Positions 16,990-24,364 of a stretch of DNA of 30,817 nucleotides are shown in pieces. The position numbers were made by a program, and so were the translations under genes. The notes beneath the pieces were generated by a model. That model was not told the origin of the DNA. It saw only the letters and a list, made by a program, of their open reading frames with translations, and did not search any database. This DNA is from a virus. Taxonomy: Duplodnaviria; Caudoviricetes. The stretch lies in IMG/VR virus record IMGVR_UViG_3300020575_000002, positions 1 to 30,817 of that record; one strand, written 5' to 3'. Each line of letters opens with the position of its first letter. The stretch's first letter is position 1.

Positions 16990-18368
16990 TATTCAGGTAT
17001 TGTTAATGGTTGGAACTCATCTGGACTTTGTAAACTTGATGGGATGTATAGTTTTTCCATTTCAGCTTGGTCAACGTAATCAGGTATCTCTAATCCCATA
17101 ATATCCATCTTTTGCTTAGGTGCAATCCACCACGCCTTATCTAGCCATTCTACTTGCTCTGATTTGTTAGCTTCTAACTCTCCGTAAACAGTTGGGTCAA
17201 AGTCAACATAAATATCTGTATTTCTGTAACCCCAATCACTATGTAATTTTCTATTCAAATTATCTCTAATACCTACTAACAAAGGAATAGCACAACGTAC
17301 TGTCAATGCTTTCTCTCCTTCTCTTTGGTTGTTATAAGTCTTGTTATCAGCATCGTTTAATAATTGAGAAGGTACTCCGTAAATATTGCAAAGTGCTTTC
17401 ATATCCCACTTCTCACTCTCAATAATATCTAATTCAACAGGACTTAATCCGATTTGTTTCCAATCTACTTTGTAACCACTAACCGCAATAGAATTAAAGT
17501 TAGCTGATCCACCTTTCTCGCTTACTGCTCTCTTAAGTGCTTGTGCTTGTTGCGTTCCGCTAATTGGGTCAAAGCGTTCATCATTCATAAATAGAACTCC
17601 AGCTGGACCACCATTCTGGAAAGATGCAACCGCCGCAGTCTTGGCTTCGTTCGAACGAGTCAAGTTTCTCGCAGCAGCCATCAAAGGAGATTGACCATAT
17701 AGTTGATTCCCAGTTGTATTCCATTGTAAGTTTATGTATTTATCTTGTAATACTTCTTGCTTAGTAAAGTTCCAAAGTGGACCATAGTTTAATTGGTAAC
17801 CGCTAATAGTTGGAGGGAAGTTTTGAATGTCCGCTAACACGTACATATATTGAGAAGGAAGCACGTACAACTCATACGGCTTTCCTGCATTAATAGATTC
17901 CCCTTCTATCATCTTTGCATAGATAAATGAATTACCTGTAACTAACTTAAAAGTACACCAAGCCTCTACGAAATCACCAAATGTATCTTCTTGGTTAGGG
18001 TATTTTAATAACTCGTTTAATCTTGCATCACCTGTATATAGTTCAAACGCTTTCTTATGTAGCTTCTCAACATCCTTCCAGTTCTCAATCTTATCTGGTT
18101 GGCTCATTAACGCTTTATATTTCTTTGCTGAAGTTTCATCTACCACTCTGTAAACGTGGAATGGAGCAAGTTTTGCTTTGTCCGCAATTAATTTAACGAT
18201 AGAATAAACTATATCATTTGCTGAATAACCATCATTAACGAAACTAATGTTATCGCCACCCTGCCAAGTTATTATCCCTTGTTGTATCGCAACTTGTCCG
18301 TTAAAAGGAATTTGAGGTAGTACAGTAGATAGTTTTTGTCTTTTACCAAAAAAGTCAAGTAATCCCAT
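16989..18368 (-). CDS. Portal protein (HK97 family)
   Basis: VYSIVKLIA, LLKYPN, GNSFIY, YGQSPL, FQNGGPAGVL, YGVPSQLL, TYNN. Confidence 0.93.
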   Translation of the reverse strand: MGLLDFFGKRQKLSTVLPQIPFNGQVAIQQGIITWQGGDNISFVNDGYSANDIVYSIVKLIADKAKLAPFHVYRVVDETSAKKYKALMSQPDKIENWKDVEKLHKKAFELYTGDARLNELLKYPNQEDTFGDFVEAWCTFKLVTGNSFIYAKMIEGESINAGKPYELYVLPSQYMYVLADIQNFPPTISGYQLNYGPLWNFTKQEVLQDKYINLQWNTTGNQLYGQSPLMAAARNLTRSNEAKTAAVASFQNGGPAGVLFMNDERFDPISGTQQAQALKRAVSEKGGSANFNSIAVSGYKVDWKQIGLSPVELDIIESEKWDMKALCNIYGVPSQLLNDADNKTYNNQREGEKALTVRCAIPLLVGIRDNLNRKLHSDWGYRNTDIYVDFDPTVYGELEANKSEQVEWLDKAWWIAPKQKMDIMGLEIPDYVDQAEMEKLYIPSSLQSPDEFQPLTIPE

Positions 18369-18384
18369 TATATATGAATTTTAA

Positions 18385-18392
18385 CAAAGTTA
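18385..18392 (-). promoter_or_regulatory. -7 promoter box TAACTTTG upstream of portal
   Basis: TAnnTTTG in an intergenic gap. Confidence 0.6.
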
Positions 18393-18403
18393 GACAATTT
18401 ATC

Positions 18404-19570
18404 CTAAAATACCGACACCTCAAATTTTAGCTTGGTTAAGTGCGTAAACACGGCATACCTACAAGCATCCATCAAGTCATCATTTGCCTTTACTGGCTCC
18501 TCTATTACGTTATCGTTTTTATCCTTTTTCCATTTGTAAGACATAAACTCCCTTCTAAGGTTTTTGCTATTGTAGTGCAAGTTTATAGGATAAGACTTCA
18601 TCTTTACTATCCCTGCCCATACATCCTTCTGCGCTGGTTTAATGTTAAAGCCTTGTCTGTAAAGTTCCTCAATAGACTTAGGCTCGGCAGCATCCGCATA
18701 GATTGTTGCTCGTTCAGGTAGCTTCTCTTTAATCAATCTTGATAGATCACTCAAAGTAAGTCCGCTTTGATATACTATTTCCTCAAAGTAGTTCTGTCCT
18801 TCGTGATGCGTAACCTTTATAAGTGCAGCAGGGTGAACATAACCAAAGTCCAATCCATAGAATACATCCCCATTTGGTGCTTCATCATATTGTTTCCATT
18901 GAGTATAAATAATTTCTTTTGCTGAGCCTCGTTCTCCTAAGCCATAAACTTTCCACATAAAGTCATCAGGCAAATCTTTATACTGCTCAATGTTTCTTAT
19001 TTGGCTATCGCTTAAGTTAGTGATATTGTTTAGATAGGTGGAATGTATGCGCTTATTCTTTGGGTTATCAGCTACTTCATAAACCCAAGAAATAAAGTCA
19101 GCAGGATTCCAATCTAAGAATGATTGTCCTGTTGTTCTTATCAATAGCTGGTCAAATAAAGCCTTACTAATAAGGTTTGCCTCGTTTACAAATAGTATAT
19201 CCCTTGCTGGTCCTTTTGCTTTATCAGGGTCTTCTAATCCAAATAACTCAATGTATGATCCGTTCTTAAACGTATAAATAAAATCCGTATATCGGAAGTC
19301 CTTTTCATCCCAGATATTCCATTGCTCAAGTATATTTTTAAAGTCCCTGTAAACTCCACGCTTAATATGTGGGAGTGAGTGCGATACCATTGAAATCCTT
19401 ATGTTGGGTTTGCTTATTGCTATGTGGATAAGTAACTGAACAACCGAATAGCTTTTACTTGATCTTGACCCACCTTCATTGCATATTATAGGATATCCTT
19501 CTTCGTATGCCTTTTTATTGGCATAGAAGACAGGTGTAGCCTTAATCTTTAATTGGTTGACAATCTGCAT
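18404..19570 (-). CDS. terL: Terminase large subunit (PBSX/SPP1-like)
   Basis: Walker A-like EGGSRSSKS, Walker B LFVNEA, DWNP, nuclease motifs GLDFGY, ADAAEP and DDLMDACRY. Confidence 0.95.
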   Translation of the reverse strand: MQIVNQLKIKATPVFYANKKAYEEGYPIICNEGGSRSSKSYSVVQLLIHIAISKPNIRISMVSHSLPHIKRGVYRDFKNILEQWNIWDEKDFRYTDFIYTFKNGSYIELFGLEDPDKAKGPARDILFVNEANLISKALFDQLLIRTTGQSFLDWNPADFISWVYEVADNPKNKRIHSTYLNNITNLSDSQIRNIEQYKDLPDDFMWKVYGLGERGSAKEIIYTQWKQYDEAPNGDVFYGLDFGYVHPAALIKVTHHEGQNYFEEIVYQSGLTLSDLSRLIKEKLPERATIYADAAEPKSIEELYRQGFNIKPAQKDVWAGIVKMKSYPINLHYNSKNLRREFMSYKWKKDKNDNVIEEPVKANDDLMDACRYAVFTHLTKLKFEVSVF

Positions 19571-19889
19571 CTGGTTCTATTGTGATTTGCACATTACCCT
19601 TTATGTCAGCGGTTATGTCGGTTGTTTGTTTAGGTCTGCCCTCTAATCGGTCTAATAGTATCTCATAAGCCTTTAGATCGCCCTTCCTTGCCTTTGCTAT
19701 GATTTGCATATCTAATTGCTCCGCTATTGTAAACTCCTCATCTTCGCCTGTTACTGGGTTGCGTACCTTAGTAACCAACTCCAATAAACGCAAAAGTCTT
19801 GTCTTACTATTAGGAACGCCCTTTGGTCTGCCGTTAGGGTTTCCGCTTACCCCTTTTGGGAATGCCTTTAAATTTTCTTCATTTGCCAT
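19542..19889 (-). CDS. terS: Terminase small subunit (DUF5681-like)
   Basis: FPKGVSGNPNGRPKG, KARKGDLKA..ILLDRLEGRPKQ; directly upstream of terL. Confidence 0.8.
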   Translation of the reverse strand: MANEENLKAFPKGVSGNPNGRPKGVPNSKTRLLRLLELVTKVRNPVTGEDEEFTIAEQLDMQIIAKARKGDLKAYEILLDRLEGRPKQTTDITADIKGNVQITIEPDADCQPIKD

Positions 19890-19915
19890 ACTTCGTTGAT
19901 TTCTCGTTGTATTTG

Positions 19916-19986
19916 AGCGGGAAGGTGGTATTGCACCCCTTCTTTAGTCTGGAATGACTAACGCATTACTTTTATGCTTCTCCCGC
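19916..19986 (-). tRNA. Non-canonical tRNA-Gly(UCC)-like RNA overlapping the 3' end of the Mom-like gene
   Basis: GCGGGAG AA GCAT AAAAGTA ATGC G TTAGTC ATTCCA GACTAA AGAA GGGG TGCAATA CCACC TTCCCGC T folds into a cloverleaf; G1-C72, C2-G71, G3-C70, U73 and UCC are present; U8, D-loop GG and TTC are absent. Confidence 0.75.
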
Positions 19987-20658
19987 TTGTCTTGATGCCA
20001 AAGTTACCTTATTACCCTTATACATTCCTGCTCCAAGTTCATCTATTTTTGAAAAAGGCAATATTGGTACTGTTAATTTACAAGTTTTATCTATTAAATA
20101 AATATATCTTAATTGAAATCCATTTAAAGGTACTGCTCCATTTTTTTTAGCATAGCCAGCACTTATACCTAATTTTTTATAATTAGAATTATTTAATGTC
20201 TTATCTGCTATAATTTTTCCTTCCCATTCTAAGATGGTTTTATTTTCTTTTATACCAGTCAAATTAAATCCACTTGCCCTGTATATAGTTCCATCACCAC
20301 ATTGTGTACCATCGGAATAAGATAATATCCATTTTATCTGTGGTGCATTTTTCTTTAATAATTTTATTGTAATTGCAATACATCTGCTTTCGCTATATTT
20401 TGGCAAATATTCATCAAATGCCATTCTATTCAATTCAAGCATTTCATTCCATCCAGTATTTTCTACTAATGGCAAAATTTTCCTTTTATCCATACTTGTA
20501 CCATAACTTAATACTCCGTGCAATTTACCATCTAAAAAGCATCCAAAGTGTAAAGTGCTATTCGGCACTACCTTGCCAGAATAATGGTTTAATTTAACAA
20601 ACTCATTAGCAACTTTGCTTGATATTACTTTAACTAAGATTTCTTTTGCTCTGCCCAT
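19972..20658 (-). CDS. mom: Mom-family (GNAT-fold) DNA adenine modification enzyme
   Basis: ANEFVKLNHYSGK, HFGCF...LHGVLSYG, LELNRMAF...PKYSESRCIA, WILSYSD..QC..GTIYRASGF match the Mu Mom-like motif pattern. Confidence 0.78.
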   Translation of the reverse strand: MGRAKEILVKVISSKVANEFVKLNHYSGKVVPNSTLHFGCFLDGKLHGVLSYGTSMDKRKILPLVENTGWNEMLELNRMAFDEYLPKYSESRCIAITIKLLKKNAPQIKWILSYSDGTQCGDGTIYRASGFNLTGIKENKTILEWEGKIIADKTLNNSNYKKLGISAGYAKKNGAVPLNGFQLRYIYLIDKTCKLTVPILPFSKIDELGAGMYKGNKVTLASRQAGEA

Positions 20659-21218
20659 TGCATTATTATTAAGTATAAAGCGTTACCATTTGAATTTTCG
20701 TTACCCATTGTTTCAGCGTACTTATATTCCTCTGTTCGTTTAATTTCCTCAATGGCATTTTTAATTTGTACGCATTGTTCATCTGCTAAAGTGAATGTCA
20801 TTTGCTGAAAAGGTGATTTATCTCCATCTGGCAAAGTAAATCCTTCACCTAAATCATCTACATTGCTAAAGCCTATTATATCTAAACCCCACTCCTCTAA
20901 TTCTTCGGTTTCCCAATTATTAGCAAGGTCGCTCCAATCCCATTCGCCAAAACCTACGTTATCTTTTACTATAAACTCTTTCTTTTGTTCTTCGGTAAGT
21001 TCTTTAGCTTGTTTTACAGGTACATCTTTAAGACCAGCTTCAATACAAGCCTTTAGCCTCATATTACCACCTAAAACAATATTGTTCTCATCTATAACAA
21101 TAGGTCTAAGTTCAAGCATTTGTGGGAAGTCTTTAATTGACTTTACTAGTTTCTTAAACTTGTCATCCTTGATAATTCTTGGGTTATTTGGATTAGGTTT
21201 GATTTCGTTAATGTTCAT
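20634..21218 (-). CDS. ParB/Srx-like N-terminal domain protein
   Basis: IKPNPNNPR..LVKSI...PIVID...VLGGNMRLKAC...DN...GEWD; C-terminal FQQMTFTLADEQ domain; overlaps mom by 25 nt. Confidence 0.88.
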   Translation of the reverse strand: MNINEIKPNPNNPRIIKDDKFKKLVKSIKDFPQMLELRPIVIDENNIVLGGNMRLKACIEAGLKDVPVKQAKELTEEQKKEFIVKDNVGFGEWDWSDLANNWETEELEEWGLDIIGFSNVDDLGEGFTLPDGDKSPFQQMTFTLADEQCVQIKNAIEEIKRTEEYKYAETMGNENSNGNALYLIIMQWAEQKKS

Positions 21219-21409
21219 TATCGGTTTTTTGTTGGTGTTCGTATTGATATTATGCTATCTACTTTCTTTTCTAAATTGTCATAGCCAACCCATTTCCCAC
21301 ACTTAGTACATTCAAATTGAGTTTCTTTTATCTTACCGAACCATACATAGCCTTCGGTAATTGTACCACATTTACAAGTATATAGCTTCTTTCCGTATGT
21401 ATCTTTCAT
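21218..21409 (-). CDS. Small zinc-ribbon protein
   Basis: CKCG ... CTKCG; TAATG coupling on both sides. Confidence 0.7.
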   Translation of the reverse strand: MKDTYGKKLYTCKCGTITEGYVWFGKIKETQFECTKCGKWVGYDNLEKKVDSIISIRTPTKNR

Positions 21410-21528
21410 TATCTGCCTTGTTGTTTATAAAGTTTAACTGGCTTATCCTTTGGACCAGATGTCTTTTTGTATTTGCCACATTTTCTTTTTCCAAAGCTAA
21501 CTTTGTTATTGCTGCTTACTTTTGCCAT
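21409..21528 (-). CDS. Small basic protein (39 aa)
   Basis: Not in the track. MAKVSSNNKVSFGKRKCGKYKKTSGPKDKPVKLYKQQGR*; TAATG-coupled to the next gene. Confidence 0.65.
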   Translation of the reverse strand: MAKVSSNNKVSFGKRKCGKYKKTSGPKDKPVKLYKQQGR

Positions 21529-21685
21529 TATAGTTGTTTATTATGTCTGCCATAAAATTAAATCTTTCTTCTTGTGTTTCTCCAAATACATAGTGCGTAG
21601 TTCCATCAATGTCAAAAACATAGCAAGGATAACCTGCTATTTCTTGCTCTTTGCACGTTTCAAATATGTTACTTGTATCTATCAA
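21506..21685 (-). CDS. Hypothetical 59-aa protein (TTG start)
   Basis: Not in the track. (M)IDTSNIFETCKEQEIAGYPCYVFDIDGTTHYVFGETQEERFNFMADIINNYNGKSKQQ*; fills the gap after ninG. Confidence 0.5.
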   Translation of the reverse strand: MIDTSNIFETCKEQEIAGYPCYVFDIDGTTHYVFGETQEERFNFMADIINNYNGKSKQQ

Positions 21686-22028
21686 TTAATTCTATTAATT
21701 CAGTTCTTTGCCATTTCTTAACCCTGTTATTAACCGCCTCAAACTCCAACTCTTTGACCGCTTTTTCACCTATCCTTTCAACAAGTCCTATTCGGTACAT
21801 TGCTTGGTTGCCGTGTTTAAACATATTGCACCCAGCACATTGTAAATGGATATTCCATTCGTTAAACCTTAAAGCGGAATACCCTTTAACAGTAAAGTAG
21901 TGTCCTGCTTGATTACCATTGTAGCTTCCGCAACTTATACAAGGTAACCCTTCATCTCTTTTTCTTATATACGCATTAACTACCTTTTGGGTCTTTTCTA
22001 ACAACTTGGGTAAAGGTATCAATGGCAT
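21669..22028 (-). CDS. ninG: NinG/Rap-family Holliday junction endonuclease
   Basis: AYIRKRDEGLPCISCG, AGHY, LRFNEWNIHLQCAGCN..KHGN...YRIGLVERIG. Confidence 0.9.
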   Translation of the reverse strand: MPLIPLPKLLEKTQKVVNAYIRKRDEGLPCISCGSYNGNQAGHYFTVKGYSALRFNEWNIHLQCAGCNMFKHGNQAMYRIGLVERIGEKAVKELEFEAVNNRVKKWQRTELIELIDRYK

Positions 22029-22032
22029 AAAG

Positions 22033-22040
22033 CAAAATTA
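22033..22040 (-). promoter_or_regulatory. -7 promoter box TAATTTTG, 4 nt before the ATG
   Basis: TAnnTTTG in an intergenic gap. Confidence 0.65.
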
Positions 22041-22043
22041 GGG

Positions 22044-22241
22044 TTACTTTTTCAATCTAACAACACATAATCTTTCATTATGCTTGTATCGTTTCTTGTT
22101 TATTGGGTTCATATAAATCATAATCGTTTTATAGTCAGTACCTAAAAACCTTATTGCCTTTGCTATTGATCTAAACCATATCTCCTCTTTTGTATCTAAA
22201 TAAATCAATTTTACTTCAATGTTGTTGTCTATTCCTGTCAT
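22044..22241 (-). CDS. Stand-alone NUMOD1-like HTH DNA-binding protein
   Basis: LIYLDTKEEIWFRSIAKAIRFLG resembles the NUMOD1 pattern. Confidence 0.55.
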   Translation of the reverse strand: MTGIDNNIEVKLIYLDTKEEIWFRSIAKAIRFLGTDYKTIMIYMNPINKKRYKHNERLCVVRLKK

Positions 22242-22356
22242 TAATCAATCGTTTTAATTCAAAGTATAAATGTGCCGTTAAATAAATGCAGCAAGCTAAA
22301 GGAACACTAATGAGCGTAAACTTTAGTAGTTCGTAAATAAATGTTAATTGTTTCAT
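22216..22356 (-). CDS. Small membrane protein (46 aa)
   Basis: Not in the track. MKQLTFIYELLKFTLISVPLACCIYLTAHLYFELKRLINDRNRQQH*. Confidence 0.5.
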   Translation of the reverse strand: MKQLTFIYELLKFTLISVPLACCIYLTAHLYFELKRLINDRNRQQH

Positions 22357-22362
22357 AAGTTT

Positions 22363-22424
22363 AAAAAGCCACCCCAAGTTTCACTAATTACTATCAGGTT
22401 ATTAATATTTTAAATGGGGTAGCT
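22363..22424 (-). terminator. Terminator-like stem with a 38-nt loop
   Basis: Minus strand AGCTACCCCA-N38-TGGGGTGGCT-TTTT. Confidence 0.5.
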
Positions 22425-23148
22425 ATAATTGATTTTGTAAATATAGGTACAAAGAATATCTTTTGCACTCATTTTTAATTAAAGTTTCATCCATTAATCT
22501 TTCTAATTCTTTCTCGGATTTAGCGTTAACCTTGTAGTAAGCTATAACCTTAGCTTTTATCTTTTCAGCTTTATCCTTAGATAGATTGGTAGTGTTTAAA
22601 TCTTTACGCTTCCATAGTATATCAAAAGCCATCGTATTGAGTAGCTTCCAGTCCTTTTTAGCCGACTTGTCCCAATTTTGGTACAATGCCTCAATTACTT
22701 CATCATCATTGATTTTTGGTATATCTACTGGCGGTGGCTCGGTATGTGTCTTGTTTCTTACTTGAACTGCTATTGGTTTATAAGCTGCCATCACATCTCC
22801 AAAGAATTTAGGGTTAAAAGTAATCGCTTTGTCAACCGATAATTTCCCCATTGCGTAAAGTTCAAAAGCTACCCCTAATTCCTTTAGTTTGTAGTTTTTA
22901 TAGTTCTTTATTACAAATTCGCATAGAAACTGAAATGATTCAATGGAAGGTATTTGACATCCACTCAAAGCAATACAGGTCTTTAGGTGTTCTTTTACCT
23001 CAATTTGTGAACATCTACCTACACTCATAGTTTCTAAAGCGATTGCAACCTTTAATTCATCTGGTTCAAGTTTATCGTAAATTTCTAAGGGCATCCCATT
23101 CTCTCTCACTAAAACTTGGTTTGCTATTGTTGCTAATTCCTGTTGCAT
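22423..23148 (-). CDS. Replication-associated protein (helicase-loader position)
   Basis: Overlaps and follows the initiator, as in lambda O-P; LKELGVAFELYAMGKL...FFGDVMAAY; function inferred from synteny only. Confidence 0.45.
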   Translation of the reverse strand: MQQELATIANQVLVRENGMPLEIYDKLEPDELKVAIALETMSVGRCSQIEVKEHLKTCIALSGCQIPSIESFQFLCEFVIKNYKNYKLKELGVAFELYAMGKLSVDKAITFNPKFFGDVMAAYKPIAVQVRNKTHTEPPPVDIPKINDDEVIEALYQNWDKSAKKDWKLLNTMAFDILWKRKDLNTTNLSKDKAEKIKAKVIAYYKVNAKSEKELERLMDETLIKNECKRYSLYLYLQNQL

Positions 23149-23809
23149 TTGGTTTATAATTTATATGAACAAATTTTCCTTCCTTTAAATCCCTTGCCAT
23201 CCAATTTTTTGCGGTTGCAATCCAATTTAACTTCTTTTCCCCATTTGAATCCGACCAATTTTTAATTACTTCGTGATAATATTCAAAATTAGCTTCTTCA
23301 TATTGACTTCCAATAAAAGCTGCCTTAAATTTATTTATATCTAAATATTCAGTTTCACTAAATAGCGTTTGCTTACTAACCTTTAATTTAGTTTCTTTTA
23401 CTTTACTTTCCTTTTCTTTCCTTTCCTTTGCATTACCCTCCCCAATAGCCACCCCATTAGCCACCCCATTTTTCCATCTATTAGCAGCACCTAATTTACC
23501 TTTTTCGCTTAAATTTTGCCTTAAAGCTAAATGATTTTGTAATCTTTCAGAGTAAAATTCTCCAGATGCTATTGAGAATAAATCAAAGTTGTGTACTACT
23601 CCATTAACCTTTACATCGGTTGTTTGCATTTGCATAGCTAAAACAGGAATTAACTCTAAAGGTAATTTGCCTCCAGCATTTGCTAATTGTTCAATTAAAA
23701 ACCAATAAATCCCATAACCTTCCATACCAAGTTGATGCCTTAAAAACAGAATCTTGGTATCATTAGCCGAATTGTAATCGTGGCTAAAATAATAACTATT
23801 ACTTTTCAT
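23072..23809 (-). CDS. Replication initiator (DUF4373/Lin1244-like N-terminus)
   Basis: YYFSHDYNSANDTKILFLR..LGMEGYGIYWFLIEQL; KGKLGAANRW; K/E-rich linker; C-terminal NWIATAKNW. Confidence 0.8.
   Translation of the reverse strand: MKSNSYYFSHDYNSANDTKILFLRHQLGMEGYGIYWFLIEQLANAGGKLPLELIPVLAMQMQTTDVKVNGVVHNFDLFSIASGEFYSERLQNHLALRQNLSEKGKLGAANRWKNGVANGVAIGEGNAKERKEKESKVKETKLKVSKQTLFSETEYLDINKFKAAFIGSQYEEANFEYYHEVIKNWSDSNGEKKLNWIATAKNWMARDLKEGKFVHINYKPNATGISNNSKPSFSEREWDALRNLR
23434..23469. repeat. Three tandem 12-bp iteron-like repeats (candidate ori)
   Basis: taccctccccaa tagccaccccat tagccaccccat, next to a purine/pyrimidine-skewed tract inside the initiator gene. Confidence 0.5.
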
Positions 23810-23819
23810 AAATAAAATA

Positions 23820-23898
23820 GCCCTATCAAATCCCTCCTATGTTGCAGATAGGAGTTCATCTCAAGGGCAATAAGTTCTTAATAGGTCTGCAACACCTA
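23820..23898 (-). promoter_or_regulatory. Structured 5' leader of the replication initiator (two hairpins with complementary loops)
   Basis: TAGGT[GTTGCAG]ACCTA and CTCCTAT[CTGCAAC]ATAGGAG, plus an outer GCCCT/AGGGC stem. Confidence 0.65.
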
Positions 23899-23901
23899 AT
23901 A

Positions 23902-23909
23902 CAAAAATA
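23902..23909 (-). promoter_or_regulatory. -7 promoter box TATTTTTG for the initiator leader
   Basis: TAnnTTTG immediately before hairpin 1. Confidence 0.65.
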
Positions 23910-23911
23910 CA

Positions 23912-24106
23912 CTAATTAACCGAATATTGTGCTATTTGCTTCTTATTTTTTAGCTTAATAATGGTGGTTTTAATGCTCATTCCATCATTCCTAAGGTCTG
24001 CTATTCGTGCTGCTAATCTAAAGCATCCGAACTTGTTTAAAGCATCAATTGGGGTTAACTTTCTACCTTTATTTAGGTAGTTTGCGATTTGTTGGTTTTG
24101 GCTCAT
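23912..24106 (-). CDS. Small winged-HTH DNA-binding protein
   Basis: SQNQQIANYL..GRKLTPIDAL..FGCFRLAARIADLR..G. Confidence 0.85.
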   Translation of the reverse strand: MSQNQQIANYLNKGRKLTPIDALNKFGCFRLAARIADLRNDGMSIKTTIIKLKNKKQIAQYSVN

Positions 24107-24112
24107 AGTTGG

Positions 24113-24364
24113 TTATTTTTCTATTATTATAATTTGACCTTCTTGTAATCCCCAGTTAGATTTTTCTTTAAAATAGTATGTACTTGGGCTACTTGAATCT
24201 TTTTTTGTTATAATCCATAAATTACTTTCTTTCCAAGTTGCATTTACTAATCTAACATTTTTATCTAAAATTATTGTTTCTGTTCCACCATAATTTCTTG
24301 CTATTTCATTTTCAGTACATCCAAATAATGTAAATAATGTACTAAATAATAATATTTTATTCAT
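24113..24364 (-). CDS. Putative lipoprotein
   Basis: MNKILLFSTLFTLFG-C lipobox; beta-rich body. Confidence 0.7.
   Translation of the reverse strand: MNKILLFSTLFTLFGCTENEIARNYGGTETIILDKNVRLVNATWKESNLWIITKKDSSSPSTYYFKEKSNWGLQEGQIIIIEK

Noticed and set aside
19916-19986. Element as an ordinary translational tRNA-Gly or as a simple terminator
   Set aside because: It lacks U8, D-loop GG, TTC and a 7-nt anticodon loop; it has four arms and no U tract on the coding strand.
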